NCBI GenBank assembly: GCA_963797055.1
Contig: CAWCOD010000006.1
Coordinates: 573,642 to 637,641, forward strand
From: an uncultured Holophagae bacterium
GTDB taxonomy: Bacteria > Acidobacteriota > Thermoanaerobaculia > Thermoanaerobaculales > Sulfomarinibacteraceae
Reading direction: 5' to 3'
DNA length: 64,000 bases
Positions 20,467 to 28,979 of the stretch are shown one piece after another (position 1 is the first letter of the stretch; each line of letters opens with the position of its first letter). The notes below the pieces were generated by a model. That model saw only the letters and a program-made list of their open reading frames with translations, made no database searches and was not told the origin of the DNA. Position numbers and translations under genes: made by a program.

Positions 20467-21231
20467 ATGTCGGAGCGCAACATGAGACGCGACGAAGGCT
20501 ACTTGCTTGGAGCGGGTTTGACAGTATGTCTGGTGATGCTCATGACCGCCTGTAGCGCTCCCGGGGGTCACTCGAGCGAGGTTCAGGGGAGGGACTGGGA
20601 ATCGAGACGGGCCGAAATGGTACGCGCCCAGATCGAGGCCAGAGGCGTCAAGGATTCCGACGTTCTGGACAGCATGCGGGCCGTCCCGAGACATCTTTTC
20701 GTGCCCGATGTCTATCGCGATGCGGCCTACAACGATTCCCCCCTACCCATCGGACAGGGGCAGACCATATCTCAGCCCTACATCGTGGCCTTGATGACCG
20801 AGCTCCTTGAGGTGGGCGACGGCAGCAGGGTGCTCGAGATCGGGACCGGCTCCGGGTATCAGGCGGCGGTGCTGGCGGAGATGGGAGTCGAGGTCTACTC
20901 CATTGAGATCAAGACGAAACTCTGCGAGAGCGCGGCGGCGACGCTCGAGGGTCTCGGTTACGAGACGGCCCACGTTCGCTGCGGTGACGGATATGGCGGT
21001 TGGCCCGAGAACGCGCCCTTTGACGGGATCATTGTGACGGCTGCACCGGATCGCATTCCTGACCCGCTCCTCGACCAGCTTGCCGACGGTGCGCGTATGG
21101 TGATCCCGGTGGGAGAGTTCTATCAGGAACTCAAGGTGATCACCCGCAACGGAGACGCCTTCCAGGAGCGGTCGGTGATACCGGTGCGCTTTGTTCCCAT
21201 GACCGGTGAGATCGAGCGCCAGCGAAACTGA
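20467..21231 (+). CDS. pcm: Protein-L-isoaspartate O-methyltransferase with N-terminal lipoprotein-like signal
   Basis: GQTISQPYIVALM and VLEIGTGSGYQAAVLA SAM motifs. N-terminal hydrophobic stretch ending LMTAC. Alternative ATG at 20482. Confidence 0.9.
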   Translation: MSERNMRRDEGYLLGAGLTVCLVMLMTACSAPGGHSSEVQGRDWESRRAEMVRAQIEARGVKDSDVLDSMRAVPRHLFVPDVYRDAAYNDSPLPIGQGQTISQPYIVALMTELLEVGDGSRVLEIGTGSGYQAAVLAEMGVEVYSIEIKTKLCESAAATLEGLGYETAHVRCGDGYGGWPENAPFDGIIVTAAPDRIPDPLLDQLADGARMVIPVGEFYQELKVITRNGDAFQERSVIPVRFVPMTGEIERQRN

Positions 21232-21249
21232 CCCCGCCGCCCACCAGGA

Positions 21250-21319
21250 AATTCGAGTCCCAAACCCCGAATTTCGAGTCCCGAATCCCGAGTTCCGAAC
21301 CCCGAAACCCGAGTCCCGA
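21250..21319. repeat. 10 in-register heptamers ending in CGA/CAA (AATTCGA, GTCCCAA, ACCCCGA, ATTTCGA, GTCCCGA ...)
   Basis: Read directly. Follows the pcm stop and a CCCCGCCGCCCACC box. Confidence 0.9.
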
Positions 21320-21383
21320 GTCATCGTGTTCGGGATCGCCGAAACTCAGCTATAGTGTCGGCGCGGGGGGCACTGCTCGAATC

Positions 21384-22844
21384 ATGTGTGGCATCGTCGG
21401 CGTCATAAGCAAGAACGGGCGGCCTGTGGTTCGCGACTTGGCCAACGGCGCACATTTTCTCCAACACAGAGGCCCGGCCTACGCCGGTCTCTTTGTTTTC
21501 GACCCGGTGCACCACAGTACGGCGCTGGAGAAGGGTGAGGGCCTCGCCGACGACATCTTCAAACCCCACGGCGACATCCCCGGCGACATCGGAATCGCAC
21601 ACACGCGATACAAGACCTACGGCAGCGGCGGTGTCGTCAACGCGCAGCCTTTCTACGATCCCTTCACAGGAATCGCACTGGCCCACAACGGCCATATCAC
21701 CAACGCCGAACAGATCGGATCAGAACTCCGCCGCCGTGGCCAGGCGCTCGCGAATCACTGCGACGCCGAGCCGCTGCTGCGGACCCTCGGGCTGTGGTTC
21801 GAGCACTACCGGCGGGCCGATCCGGGCGCGGCCGAGTCGGATGCGATGTTTCGCGCCATAACCGAGGTCCAGCAGCGGGTCACGGGCGCATACTCCGCGG
21901 TGGCGGTGACTCCCGGGGGAATGTACGCCTTTCGCGATCCGCACGGTTTTCGGCCCATGGTGCTGGGGCGACGAGATCGGCCCGGGGCGGTCATGATCGC
22001 GTCGGAGACCCTCGCCCTGGAACAGAACGGCTTCGATGTCATCGAACATGTGCCGTACGGCGCGGCGCTCTTCATCGATCACTCGCTCGAAGTGGACGAG
22101 AGGGTGCAGGTCCAAAAAGACCCGCGGCCCTGCGCTTTCGAGCTGATTTACTTTGCCGATGTGGAATCCTCCATGATGGGTGACAGGGTCCGTTCCTTCC
22201 GATGGCGGGCGGGTCGCGCATTGGCGGTGCATCTGACGGAGGTGGCGCCCGAGGTGGTGCCCCAGATCGACCTCGTGGTCCCCATCCCGCACTCGCCCAT
22301 CCCGGGGGCTGAGGCCTTTGCCCAGAAGATCGAGAAGGAGATCAACGGCGGGGCGATCCAGTACGCCACTCCGGTCTCAAAATACCGCTACGGCGGGCGG
22401 ATTTTCATGGAGGAGACCCAGGAGGAGCGGGACAAGGCGGCCATGCTGGATTTCCGGGTTGATGACAAAGCTGTGTCCGGCCGCAACATATTTCTGGTGG
22501 ACGACAGCATCGTGCGCGGCACCAACGCCACCCGCATTGTTCGGGCTCTCAAGTCGGCAGGGGCCGGAAAGATCTTCTTCGGGACGCTTTGGCCTGCGGT
22601 GATCGACTCGTGTTTTCAGGGCATCAACACCCCGACCCAGAGTGAGCTCATCGGCGCTCGCTTTGCCGGGGATTCGGGCGAAATTGCAACCGAACTCGGG
22701 GTGGATGCGCTCCATTACCTGCCCATCGATGTGTTCCAGGAGATGGTGATCAAAGGGGCACCGGCGTGCATGGCGTGCACCACCGGTCAACGGGCGGTCA
22801 AATTCGAGCACGCCGGCGAGGTTCTCCCACCTCCCGTTCAGTAG
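21384..22844 (+). CDS. purF: Amidophosphoribosyltransferase
   Basis: MCGIVG N-terminal nucleophile. PRTase motif NIFLVDDSIVRGTN. Confidence 0.93.
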   Translation: MCGIVGVISKNGRPVVRDLANGAHFLQHRGPAYAGLFVFDPVHHSTALEKGEGLADDIFKPHGDIPGDIGIAHTRYKTYGSGGVVNAQPFYDPFTGIALAHNGHITNAEQIGSELRRRGQALANHCDAEPLLRTLGLWFEHYRRADPGAAESDAMFRAITEVQQRVTGAYSAVAVTPGGMYAFRDPHGFRPMVLGRRDRPGAVMIASETLALEQNGFDVIEHVPYGAALFIDHSLEVDERVQVQKDPRPCAFELIYFADVESSMMGDRVRSFRWRAGRALAVHLTEVAPEVVPQIDLVVPIPHSPIPGAEAFAQKIEKEINGGAIQYATPVSKYRYGGRIFMEETQEERDKAAMLDFRVDDKAVSGRNIFLVDDSIVRGTNATRIVRALKSAGAGKIFFGTLWPAVIDSCFQGINTPTQSELIGARFAGDSGEIATELGVDALHYLPIDVFQEMVIKGAPACMACTTGQRAVKFEHAGEVLPPPVQ

Positions 22845-23001
22845 TGTTTCGACCTCCGAGGCGCTGCCAGGCACCGACCTCCTGTTGCAGTTCCGGGATC
22901 CGTCCAGCGGCAGACCCAGCGCCGGCGAGCGTCTCCACCGACAGCATCCAGAATGGCCGGTGCCAGGTGGGCACGATGGGCAGGCGTGCCACTCCAGGCA
23001 C

Positions 23002-23043
23002 CTTGAAGTTGAAAGTTAAACGTTGAACGTTCCCACCCACCCC
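23002..23043. repeat. 6 in-register heptamers (CTTGAAG, TTGAAAG, TTAAACG, TTGAACG, TTCCCAC, CCACCCC)
   Basis: Read directly. The inverted partner lies at 23375-23398. Confidence 0.9.
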
Positions 23044-23073
23044 GAGCGCGGTTGGGAGAGGGGTGCGTCGATC

Positions 23074-23374
23074 AGCGGCAGTCGGCAGCGGCCGGGACAG
23101 GGGCAGCAACCGGTGTCCGAGGGACTCGGCAGCATCGGTGATCAGCGACCGCAATCTGACGCAATCGCCGCTGGAACACTGCCGCGGCCCCTGATCGCTG
23201 CCGCAACCGCCGATCACGGACGCTGCCCCTGATGACTGTCCCTGTTCGCTGTTGCCAGCCGCTATCGCTGAACGCGGCCTCTCGGGCCCGGGCACCCGGC
23301 TTGCCCTCGGGCGACGCTGTGGCACGCGGAGACGGGCACCCGGACACCCCACATCACGTGTTCCCGGATGAACC
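23074..23374 (+). repeat. Dispersed repeat family 1, copy B (about 300 nt, with an internal CCCCTGAT duplication)
   Basis: Collinear blocks shared with 17218-17440. The 3' module is also shared with 34377-34463. Confidence 0.85.
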
Positions 23375-23398
23375 AAATTTGAACGTCTAACGTTCAAC
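23375..23398. repeat. Inverted TTGAACG-type heptamers (AAATTTGAACGTCTAACGTTCAAC)
   Basis: Reverse complement of the unit type at 23002-23029. Overlaps the stop codon at 23394-23396. Confidence 0.85.
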
Positions 23399-24443
23399 TC
23401 TCCTCAACCGTATTTCCGCCCTTTGCGCTTCCCCCCAGCCCTCCGGGCGGTTGGGGTGACTCGTCGAGGTTGAGGACCTCGCGGCATGCCTCCAGGACCC
23501 GGTCGTGGAGCAGACCGTTGGTGGCGACGATCCCGTGGCTTCGTGCCAAAAACCGTCCAGCCGAAAAATCCAACGGCTCGCCATCGAGGTCCGACACGCG
23601 ACCGCCGGCCTCCTCGATCACCAATACACCCGCCGCGTGGTCCCAGACCTTTTCGCGATACTCCCGGTCGCGGGGGAGTCTGAGGTAGATGGAAGCATCC
23701 CCACGGGCCACAACAGCGTACTTGCACTGGCTGTCGATTCGCACTGGAGGGGAGTCGATGCCGAGGGCTGCGGCGATCCGCCCCTGTACCGAATGGGCGG
23801 CGTGGGCCGCCTCCACCGATTCGCAAAACCGCGCTCGAGCCGAATCGGTGATGGAATCTACCCTCACCGGCGTTTCTTCCGCCGTGCCTAACGGCAGCAT
23901 GGACGATCCCGCGTCGAGTTCGGCCGAGTACACGGTTCCCTGCGTCGGACCGTCGAAGGGGTACTCCGGTCCGAGATTTGGACAGCCAAGGGCTCCCACC
24001 ACGACCCGACCCCCGTCCACGAGTGCCAAGGCGATGGCGTACTGGTCGCCCCTCAGAAATCCCTTTGTGCCGTCCACCGGATCGAGGACCCAGTGTCGGC
24101 TGCTGCCGCCTTCGTGATCGCCGCGTCCGAGAGCCATTCTGAGTTCCCGCTCATTCAGATCCGGTTCGGCCGACCGAACAACGTCCAGGAGCTTCTTTGT
24201 CAGATTTGGATCGTCATCGAGGGGCGCCAGATCCTCCTCGGCGAGGAGGGGGTCCGATGGCCAGCGGTCGGCCAACCGACGGCTGACCACCGTCTGGATG
24301 GCCAGGTCAGCGAGGGTCACCGGTGACCGGTCGCCCTTGGTGATCGCGTCTCCTGTTGTGGTGATGTTCGTCTGCACCCGGCGGGCGATCTCGCACGCTT
24401 CGGTCACGACGCCGGCGGCAAAATCTCGTTCAGTCTCGTACAT
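23394..24443 (-). CDS. 3'(2'),5'-bisphosphate nucleotidase / inositol monophosphatase family (HAL2/CysQ-like)
   Basis: WVLDPVDGTKGF and GDRSPVTLADL motifs. Start moved to ATG 24443. Confidence 0.85.
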   Translation of the reverse strand: MYETERDFAAGVVTEACEIARRVQTNITTTGDAITKGDRSPVTLADLAIQTVVSRRLADRWPSDPLLAEEDLAPLDDDPNLTKKLLDVVRSAEPDLNERELRMALGRGDHEGGSSRHWVLDPVDGTKGFLRGDQYAIALALVDGGRVVVGALGCPNLGPEYPFDGPTQGTVYSAELDAGSSMLPLGTAEETPVRVDSITDSARARFCESVEAAHAAHSVQGRIAAALGIDSPPVRIDSQCKYAVVARGDASIYLRLPRDREYREKVWDHAAGVLVIEEAGGRVSDLDGEPLDFSAGRFLARSHGIVATNGLLHDRVLEACREVLNLDESPQPPGGLGGSAKGGNTVEES

Positions 24444-24495
24444 CTCTCCTCCATGGAAGGCAGAGTGTAACCCGAGCGAGCACCTGGGGACCAGG

Positions 24496-24558
24496 AACAA
24501 GGAGCAGGGAGCAGGGAGTAGGGAGTAGGGGGCAGGTGGCAGGGGGCGGGTGGGGGAG
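24496..24558. repeat. 9 in-register G-rich heptamers (AACAAGG, AGCAGGG x2, AGTAGGG x2, GGCAGGT, GGCAGGG, GGCGGGT, GGGGGAG)
   Basis: Read directly. Sits in a divergent promoter region. Confidence 0.9.
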
Positions 24559-24585
24559 TTGCGCTACGATCCGACTCCACCGAGA

Positions 24586-25251
24586 ATGATCGCGATGGGG
24601 GAGACGTCTTCAACCGATTTCGATTGGCGGGTCTATGCGGACGCAACCGCGGCCGGTCTCACGGCGTTGATCCCGATTCCGCTCGTGGACGTTTTTTTCG
24701 AAGCCACCTTTCGGCGACGGATACCCGGCGCCGTCGCCCAGGTCAGGGAAACGTGGATCGAAACTCCGGACCGGGTCGCGCTGGGCAGGGACGCGGGCGC
24801 GGGACTGTCCCTCGCCGGTTGCCTGATGTTGCCGGTGAAGCTGTTCCGCTACATCCTGATCAAACTGTGGCGCAAGGTGGTCTATATCTTCGCGATCACC
24901 GACGCCACACAACAGGTGAGCGAGTATTGGAATCGGGCGTATCTCATCGATCACATGGTGCGTTCAGGACACCTCGAGGAGGGTGCCGATTCCGATTGGG
25001 CTATCGAGGTCTTCCATCGGGTCATTCCCGAAATCGATCCCTCACCGCTGTTGAGCCTTGCCGGAAAGGTGGTGACCGCCAGCCACCAGATCCTCCGGAC
25101 GCTGATCCGGGCGCGCAAGGAGGGCACTGCCGCGACCATGGCGGCGCTGGGCGGGATCCTGGGCGAACATTGGGACGCCGCCGTTCAACCCTTGGAAGAG
25201 GTGGCCGCGCGGTACAACGAGGTGTACTCCGCCGGCCCTCCACCGAGTTGA
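24586..25251 (+). CDS. Hypothetical protein, possibly membrane-associated
   Basis: Coding-like composition. No family recognised. ATG 24586 is preferred over GTG 24550, which lies inside the repeat array. Confidence 0.5.
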   Translation: MIAMGETSSTDFDWRVYADATAAGLTALIPIPLVDVFFEATFRRRIPGAVAQVRETWIETPDRVALGRDAGAGLSLAGCLMLPVKLFRYILIKLWRKVVYIFAITDATQQVSEYWNRAYLIDHMVRSGHLEEGADSDWAIEVFHRVIPEIDPSPLLSLAGKVVTASHQILRTLIRARKEGTAATMAALGGILGEHWDAAVQPLEEVAARYNEVYSAGPPPS

Positions 25252-25274
25252 AGGTCAAATTTGAACGTTGAACG
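25247..25274. repeat. 4 heptamers (GTTGAAG, GTCAAAT, TTGAACG x2) followed by a C7...G5 hairpin box
   Basis: Read directly. Overlaps the stop at 25249-25251. Confidence 0.85.
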
Positions 25275-25404
25275 CACCCCCCCAACCGCCAAGTCGGGGG
25301 CGCATTGCGAACACGCGGGCTGGTGCCTGGTATCGACTTTGGCACCGACAGGCCGTAACGCTGTACTCGGATCTCGACTATCATGGCTGCGAAGGTTGGA
25401 GACT

Positions 25405-25635
25405 ATGAAACGCACCTTTTGGTCAGTTGTTGCAATAGTTTTTGTCATTTGTGCTGGCTGCGGTGCACCACCGGAGGGCGATGGCTCATCCGAAACCGAC
25501 GCCATCCACAGCGAAGGCTCCGTTACCGGCGAAGACGACCCGGCCGTGGCCGAGGAAGACTTCGATTCTGGGGCAGCCGAAAGTCTGGCCGTGGGTGACG
25601 AAACCGCAGACGGTCAGGAGACCCATTCCAATTGA
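25405..25635 (+). CDS. Small, highly acidic lipoprotein (76 aa)
   Basis: Lipobox VICAGC. The mature part is roughly 30% Asp/Glu. GGAG lies 4 nt upstream of ATG 25405. Confidence 0.6.
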   Translation: MKRTFWSVVAIVFVICAGCGAPPEGDGSSETDAIHSEGSVTGEDDPAVAEEDFDSGAAESLAVGDETADGQETHSN

Positions 25636-27827
25636 GTGACCTATTCCACGGTTCCCGACCCGGTTGGGGGGCTTTTCTGTGTCTGATGATGGTGGTGGCG
25701 GCGTTGGGGTGTGGACGTGGGACCGAGGTCCACAGTCTCGGTTCCCACCAGGGCCTCGGCTTTCTCAAGGGTCGGGTGCTGAGCGACCAACAGGTCCTGG
25801 CGCTGCCTGGCGCACGGTGGGGCGACGATGAGGAGGACGACGGGTGGACCTTCCGGGGTTCGGCGACGATGTACTGCCTTGTCCTGGAGGAGACGGACGC
25901 CGATCTGGCCTTTCATTTCACTCCCGACGATCTCACCACCGAATTCTGGTTCATGGTGCGCTGGGATGGTGAGCCGATCTTGGACGAGCCACACCGGCCG
26001 GGATTCGGCGAAAACACGCTTCCGGTCCCGCAGGGGCTGGTGACGCCGGGACTTCACGAGATGACCGTCGAACGGGTGGATAGCCTGACCCCCGGAGATT
26101 TGCGGGAGGAGAAGAACAACCGATTCACGCGGATCGCCTACTCGTTGGGTGATCGGAAGACCTCCCTCGACCTCGGTGCAATCGAGGCGTACCGGTACAT
26201 GGCCATGCTGACGTCCCGCGGCGTGACCGGGGTGTCGCCGCAGAAGATGGCCGGTTGTCTTTTCGATGGTCCGCGTATGGCTGTATCCGAGTTCCAACTC
26301 CATGAGGCGGGGCGGCTGTTGTTCCTGGTGGAGAATAACTCCGAGGCCCCGGCTCGGTTCACTCTCGGAGTTGACGACGCGACCGCCACGATAATGGTGT
26401 CCCCGCAGGACCGGGCCACCATCGAACTCGATGCGGAGCCTGGCGAACATACGATGCGAATGACCGTGGATGGGCTCGCTGATGGGCTCTACCTTTGGGG
26501 TTCTCCTCGGATTCGGGGACGGGAGGCTCCCGCATCAACGCCTATCGTGGTGGTGACGATGGATACCACCAGAGTCGACGCGCTGTCGCCGTGGGGTGGA
26601 CCCGTAGCGGCCAGTCCCGAAATCTCAAAACTCGCTGACCGGTCCACGGTTTTCGAAAATGCCTGGGCGGTCGCGCCCTGGACACTGCCGTCCCACGCGA
26701 CGATCTTCACGGGACTTTACCCCTACCGGCACGGAGCCGGAGTTTCCGAAGATCATCTGCCGGCCCGCATTGAAACCCTCGCTGAACGCCTCTGTGAACA
26801 CGGCTACTTCGCGGCGGGTTTCGCCGGGGGCGCGCTGAGTGCGGCCCGTTTCGGTGTGGCGCAGGGTTTTGACCTGTACCTGGATCCTGACGGGTTTGAA
26901 ACCAAGGGCGACGCGTTGATCGATGCCGTCGAGACGATGCTCGACGACGATCCTCCGGGCCCTCTCTTCCTTTTCATCAACCTTTTCGATCCCCATGCGA
27001 TCTACGAAGCGCCTTCGGACTACCAAGCGCTGTTTGACGTCGAGAACCTCAGACGGGGCCTGGTCGGTGATCCCCTGTGGCAGGAATTGGCGGACGGGAG
27101 CATCGACGCCTGGGGGCGGCTGATCGCCGGTGAGGGGAAGACCACCCCGGCGACCATCGCCTATCTTCGAGCCGCCTACCTGGCCGAGGTGGCATTCATG
27201 GACGCCCAGATCGGTCGGCTTGTGTCGCTCTTGGAGGCGCGAGGACTTTTTGACGACGCGCTGTTCGTGCTGGTGTCCGATCACGGCGAGTTGTTGGGCG
27301 AAGGGGATTTTTTCTCTCACTGCTGTCGTCTCGACCCCGAGCTGGTGGACATTCCCCTCCTCGTCAAGTGGCCCCGCCAAAAGCGAGCGGCGAGGGTCGG
27401 CGAGCTGGTATCTCAGGTGGATCTTTTCGCGACGGTACTCAAGGCCGCCACAATCGAGGGCCCGTCGCGGGACGGCCTGCCTCTCGGCGACGGTTCTGAG
27501 GCCGTTCTGCAACAACGACGCGAGGTATTCATGGAGGAGCACGAGAGTCGAATCCACCCGCTCTTCGCTAACATGATGCTCGCGCGACACATGTACGGGA
27601 TACAGGAACTGGATCGCCGCGAGGTCGTGTGGGACGGCGGGTCAAAGTGCGAGTCCCGGGTCGGCGACGGCTGGGTACTCGGCCCTTGTGGGGCGAATTG
27701 GAGCGAGCGGTTGGAGTGGTTGCAGACGCTTGCCGAATTGCCCCTCGACCGAGGTGTCTCGGAACAATCCGGAACGCTGAGTGACGAGGAACGGGAACGA
27801 CTCGAAGCTCTGGGCTACGTGAGATAG
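25632..27827 (+). CDS. Alkaline-phosphatase-superfamily enzyme (sulfatase/NPP-like, Thr nucleophile) with ~300-aa N-terminal beta domains
   Basis: VVVTMDTTRVD metal site. APWTLPSHATIFTGLYPYRHG resembles the NPP motif PTxTxPNHxSxxTGxxPxxHG. VLVSDHGE. TTG start overlaps the upstream stop, so the start is uncertain. Confidence 0.8.
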   Translation: MSDLFHGSRPGWGAFLCLMMVVAALGCGRGTEVHSLGSHQGLGFLKGRVLSDQQVLALPGARWGDDEEDDGWTFRGSATMYCLVLEETDADLAFHFTPDDLTTEFWFMVRWDGEPILDEPHRPGFGENTLPVPQGLVTPGLHEMTVERVDSLTPGDLREEKNNRFTRIAYSLGDRKTSLDLGAIEAYRYMAMLTSRGVTGVSPQKMAGCLFDGPRMAVSEFQLHEAGRLLFLVENNSEAPARFTLGVDDATATIMVSPQDRATIELDAEPGEHTMRMTVDGLADGLYLWGSPRIRGREAPASTPIVVVTMDTTRVDALSPWGGPVAASPEISKLADRSTVFENAWAVAPWTLPSHATIFTGLYPYRHGAGVSEDHLPARIETLAERLCEHGYFAAGFAGGALSAARFGVAQGFDLYLDPDGFETKGDALIDAVETMLDDDPPGPLFLFINLFDPHAIYEAPSDYQALFDVENLRRGLVGDPLWQELADGSIDAWGRLIAGEGKTTPATIAYLRAAYLAEVAFMDAQIGRLVSLLEARGLFDDALFVLVSDHGELLGEGDFFSHCCRLDPELVDIPLLVKWPRQKRAARVGELVSQVDLFATVLKAATIEGPSRDGLPLGDGSEAVLQQRREVFMEEHESRIHPLFANMMLARHMYGIQELDRREVVWDGGSKCESRVGDGWVLGPCGANWSERLEWLQTLAELPLDRGVSEQSGTLSDEERERLEALGYVR

Positions 27828-27831
27828 CCGA

Positions 27832-28902
27832 CTACTCAGTGGCGCGGACCGGGCCGATGGCCCCGTCGAGGTGGGCCGCGATGACTTCTGCGGCGAGACG
27901 GTTGCCCGCGATGTTCCAATGGGTGTCCCTGGGTTTGTACAGCGCCGTGGAGGCCGAGGCCTCCTCGAAGTAAGGCCACAGATCGAGGACCTGGATGCCC
28001 CGTTCATTCAGACCCGCCTTGAGCACACGATTCGGCAGTAGGTAGTCCATGGTGCCTTCGCGGTAGAGCTTGAACGTGGTGACGAGGTCGTTCTGGAGCT
28101 TGGTGTCGAGCTGTGTCTCCTCCGGGATCAACACGACCGCGAAGTCGATCTTCCTCCGGCCACAGATTTCGGCGATCTCCTCCATGGCCTCCAAAACGGC
28201 ATCCAGAGCCCTTGGTCCCGGCTCCCATCCCACCAGATAGATCTTTGCCCGGTCGGCGAGGATCTCCAGATGTGACTTCGCGCTGAAGGTGGGATCGTTG
28301 TCACGGTAGGTCCTTCGGCCGCGAACCTCTCCACCATGCATCTCCGGCCGGATGAACAGGGCGAACCTGAGCAATGCCAGTACGTACGAACGCTGGTGCA
28401 CCCTGCGCCCCTTGTTCAGGGCTCGGTGGGTCTCGATGAAGTCGTTTCCGATGTAGAACGAAACCAGCACCAGGTCCGGTTCGAGCGGCAGCCCCTCGGC
28501 GACGAGCAGCGCCAGGTAATCCATGGGCGCGGTGCGTGGGATGCCCATGTTGATGACTTCCACCGGGCGATCCGGGCGATTTAAACCGTCTTCGAGCAGG
28601 GTGAGGTAGTTGTCTTCGTAGGGCACCACCCCGAACGCGAACGAGTCGCCGAGAGCCACGATGCGATAGGTGTCGGGGTCGCAGTCGGGGATCTCCACAT
28701 CGTGGAATCCGTGGGAGTTGATGGGAAATCCGTAATAGTCGGATCCTGGTTTGGCGCGGAATCGGTCATAGCTGGTGTTATAGAAGACGTAGTTCGGTGA
28801 CATCTTGTGCAACACCCTCAGGACCACCTCGCCGAGCGCAAGAGAGATGAGCAGGATCAGCACCGTATTTCGGGCCGCCTTCAGGGTCTTGCGCCACGTC
28901 AT
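27832..28902 (-). CDS. Membrane-anchored SGNH/GDSL hydrolase (AlgX/AlgJ-like)
   Basis: YRIVALGDSFAFG block I and DTHWN near the C-terminus. Start moved to ATG 28902 (MTWRKTLKAARN plus TM helix). Confidence 0.75.
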   Translation of the reverse strand: MTWRKTLKAARNTVLILLISLALGEVVLRVLHKMSPNYVFYNTSYDRFRAKPGSDYYGFPINSHGFHDVEIPDCDPDTYRIVALGDSFAFGVVPYEDNYLTLLEDGLNRPDRPVEVINMGIPRTAPMDYLALLVAEGLPLEPDLVLVSFYIGNDFIETHRALNKGRRVHQRSYVLALLRFALFIRPEMHGGEVRGRRTYRDNDPTFSAKSHLEILADRAKIYLVGWEPGPRALDAVLEAMEEIAEICGRRKIDFAVVLIPEETQLDTKLQNDLVTTFKLYREGTMDYLLPNRVLKAGLNERGIQVLDLWPYFEEASASTALYKPRDTHWNIAGNRLAAEVIAAHLDGAIGPVRATE

Positions 28903-28979
28903 GTGGCAACGGTACACGATCCAGGATCCAGTCTTCCAATACCGGACGCCCGCTTCTTGAAACCGTATAATCAACTCAC

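Noticed and set aside
22798-23397. 199-aa ORF, and similar ORFs at 17120-17881 and 63060-63734, lying in repeat-rich spacers
   Set aside because: They run through dispersed repeats whose copies are not conserved in any single reading frame. There is no start context.
24550-24585. GTG starts lying inside repeats (24550 for the hypothetical protein; 52731 for fxsA)
   Set aside because: The residues they add are encoded by G-rich heptamers or by the MITE-like element. Downstream ATGs (24586, 52920) give sensible N-termini.
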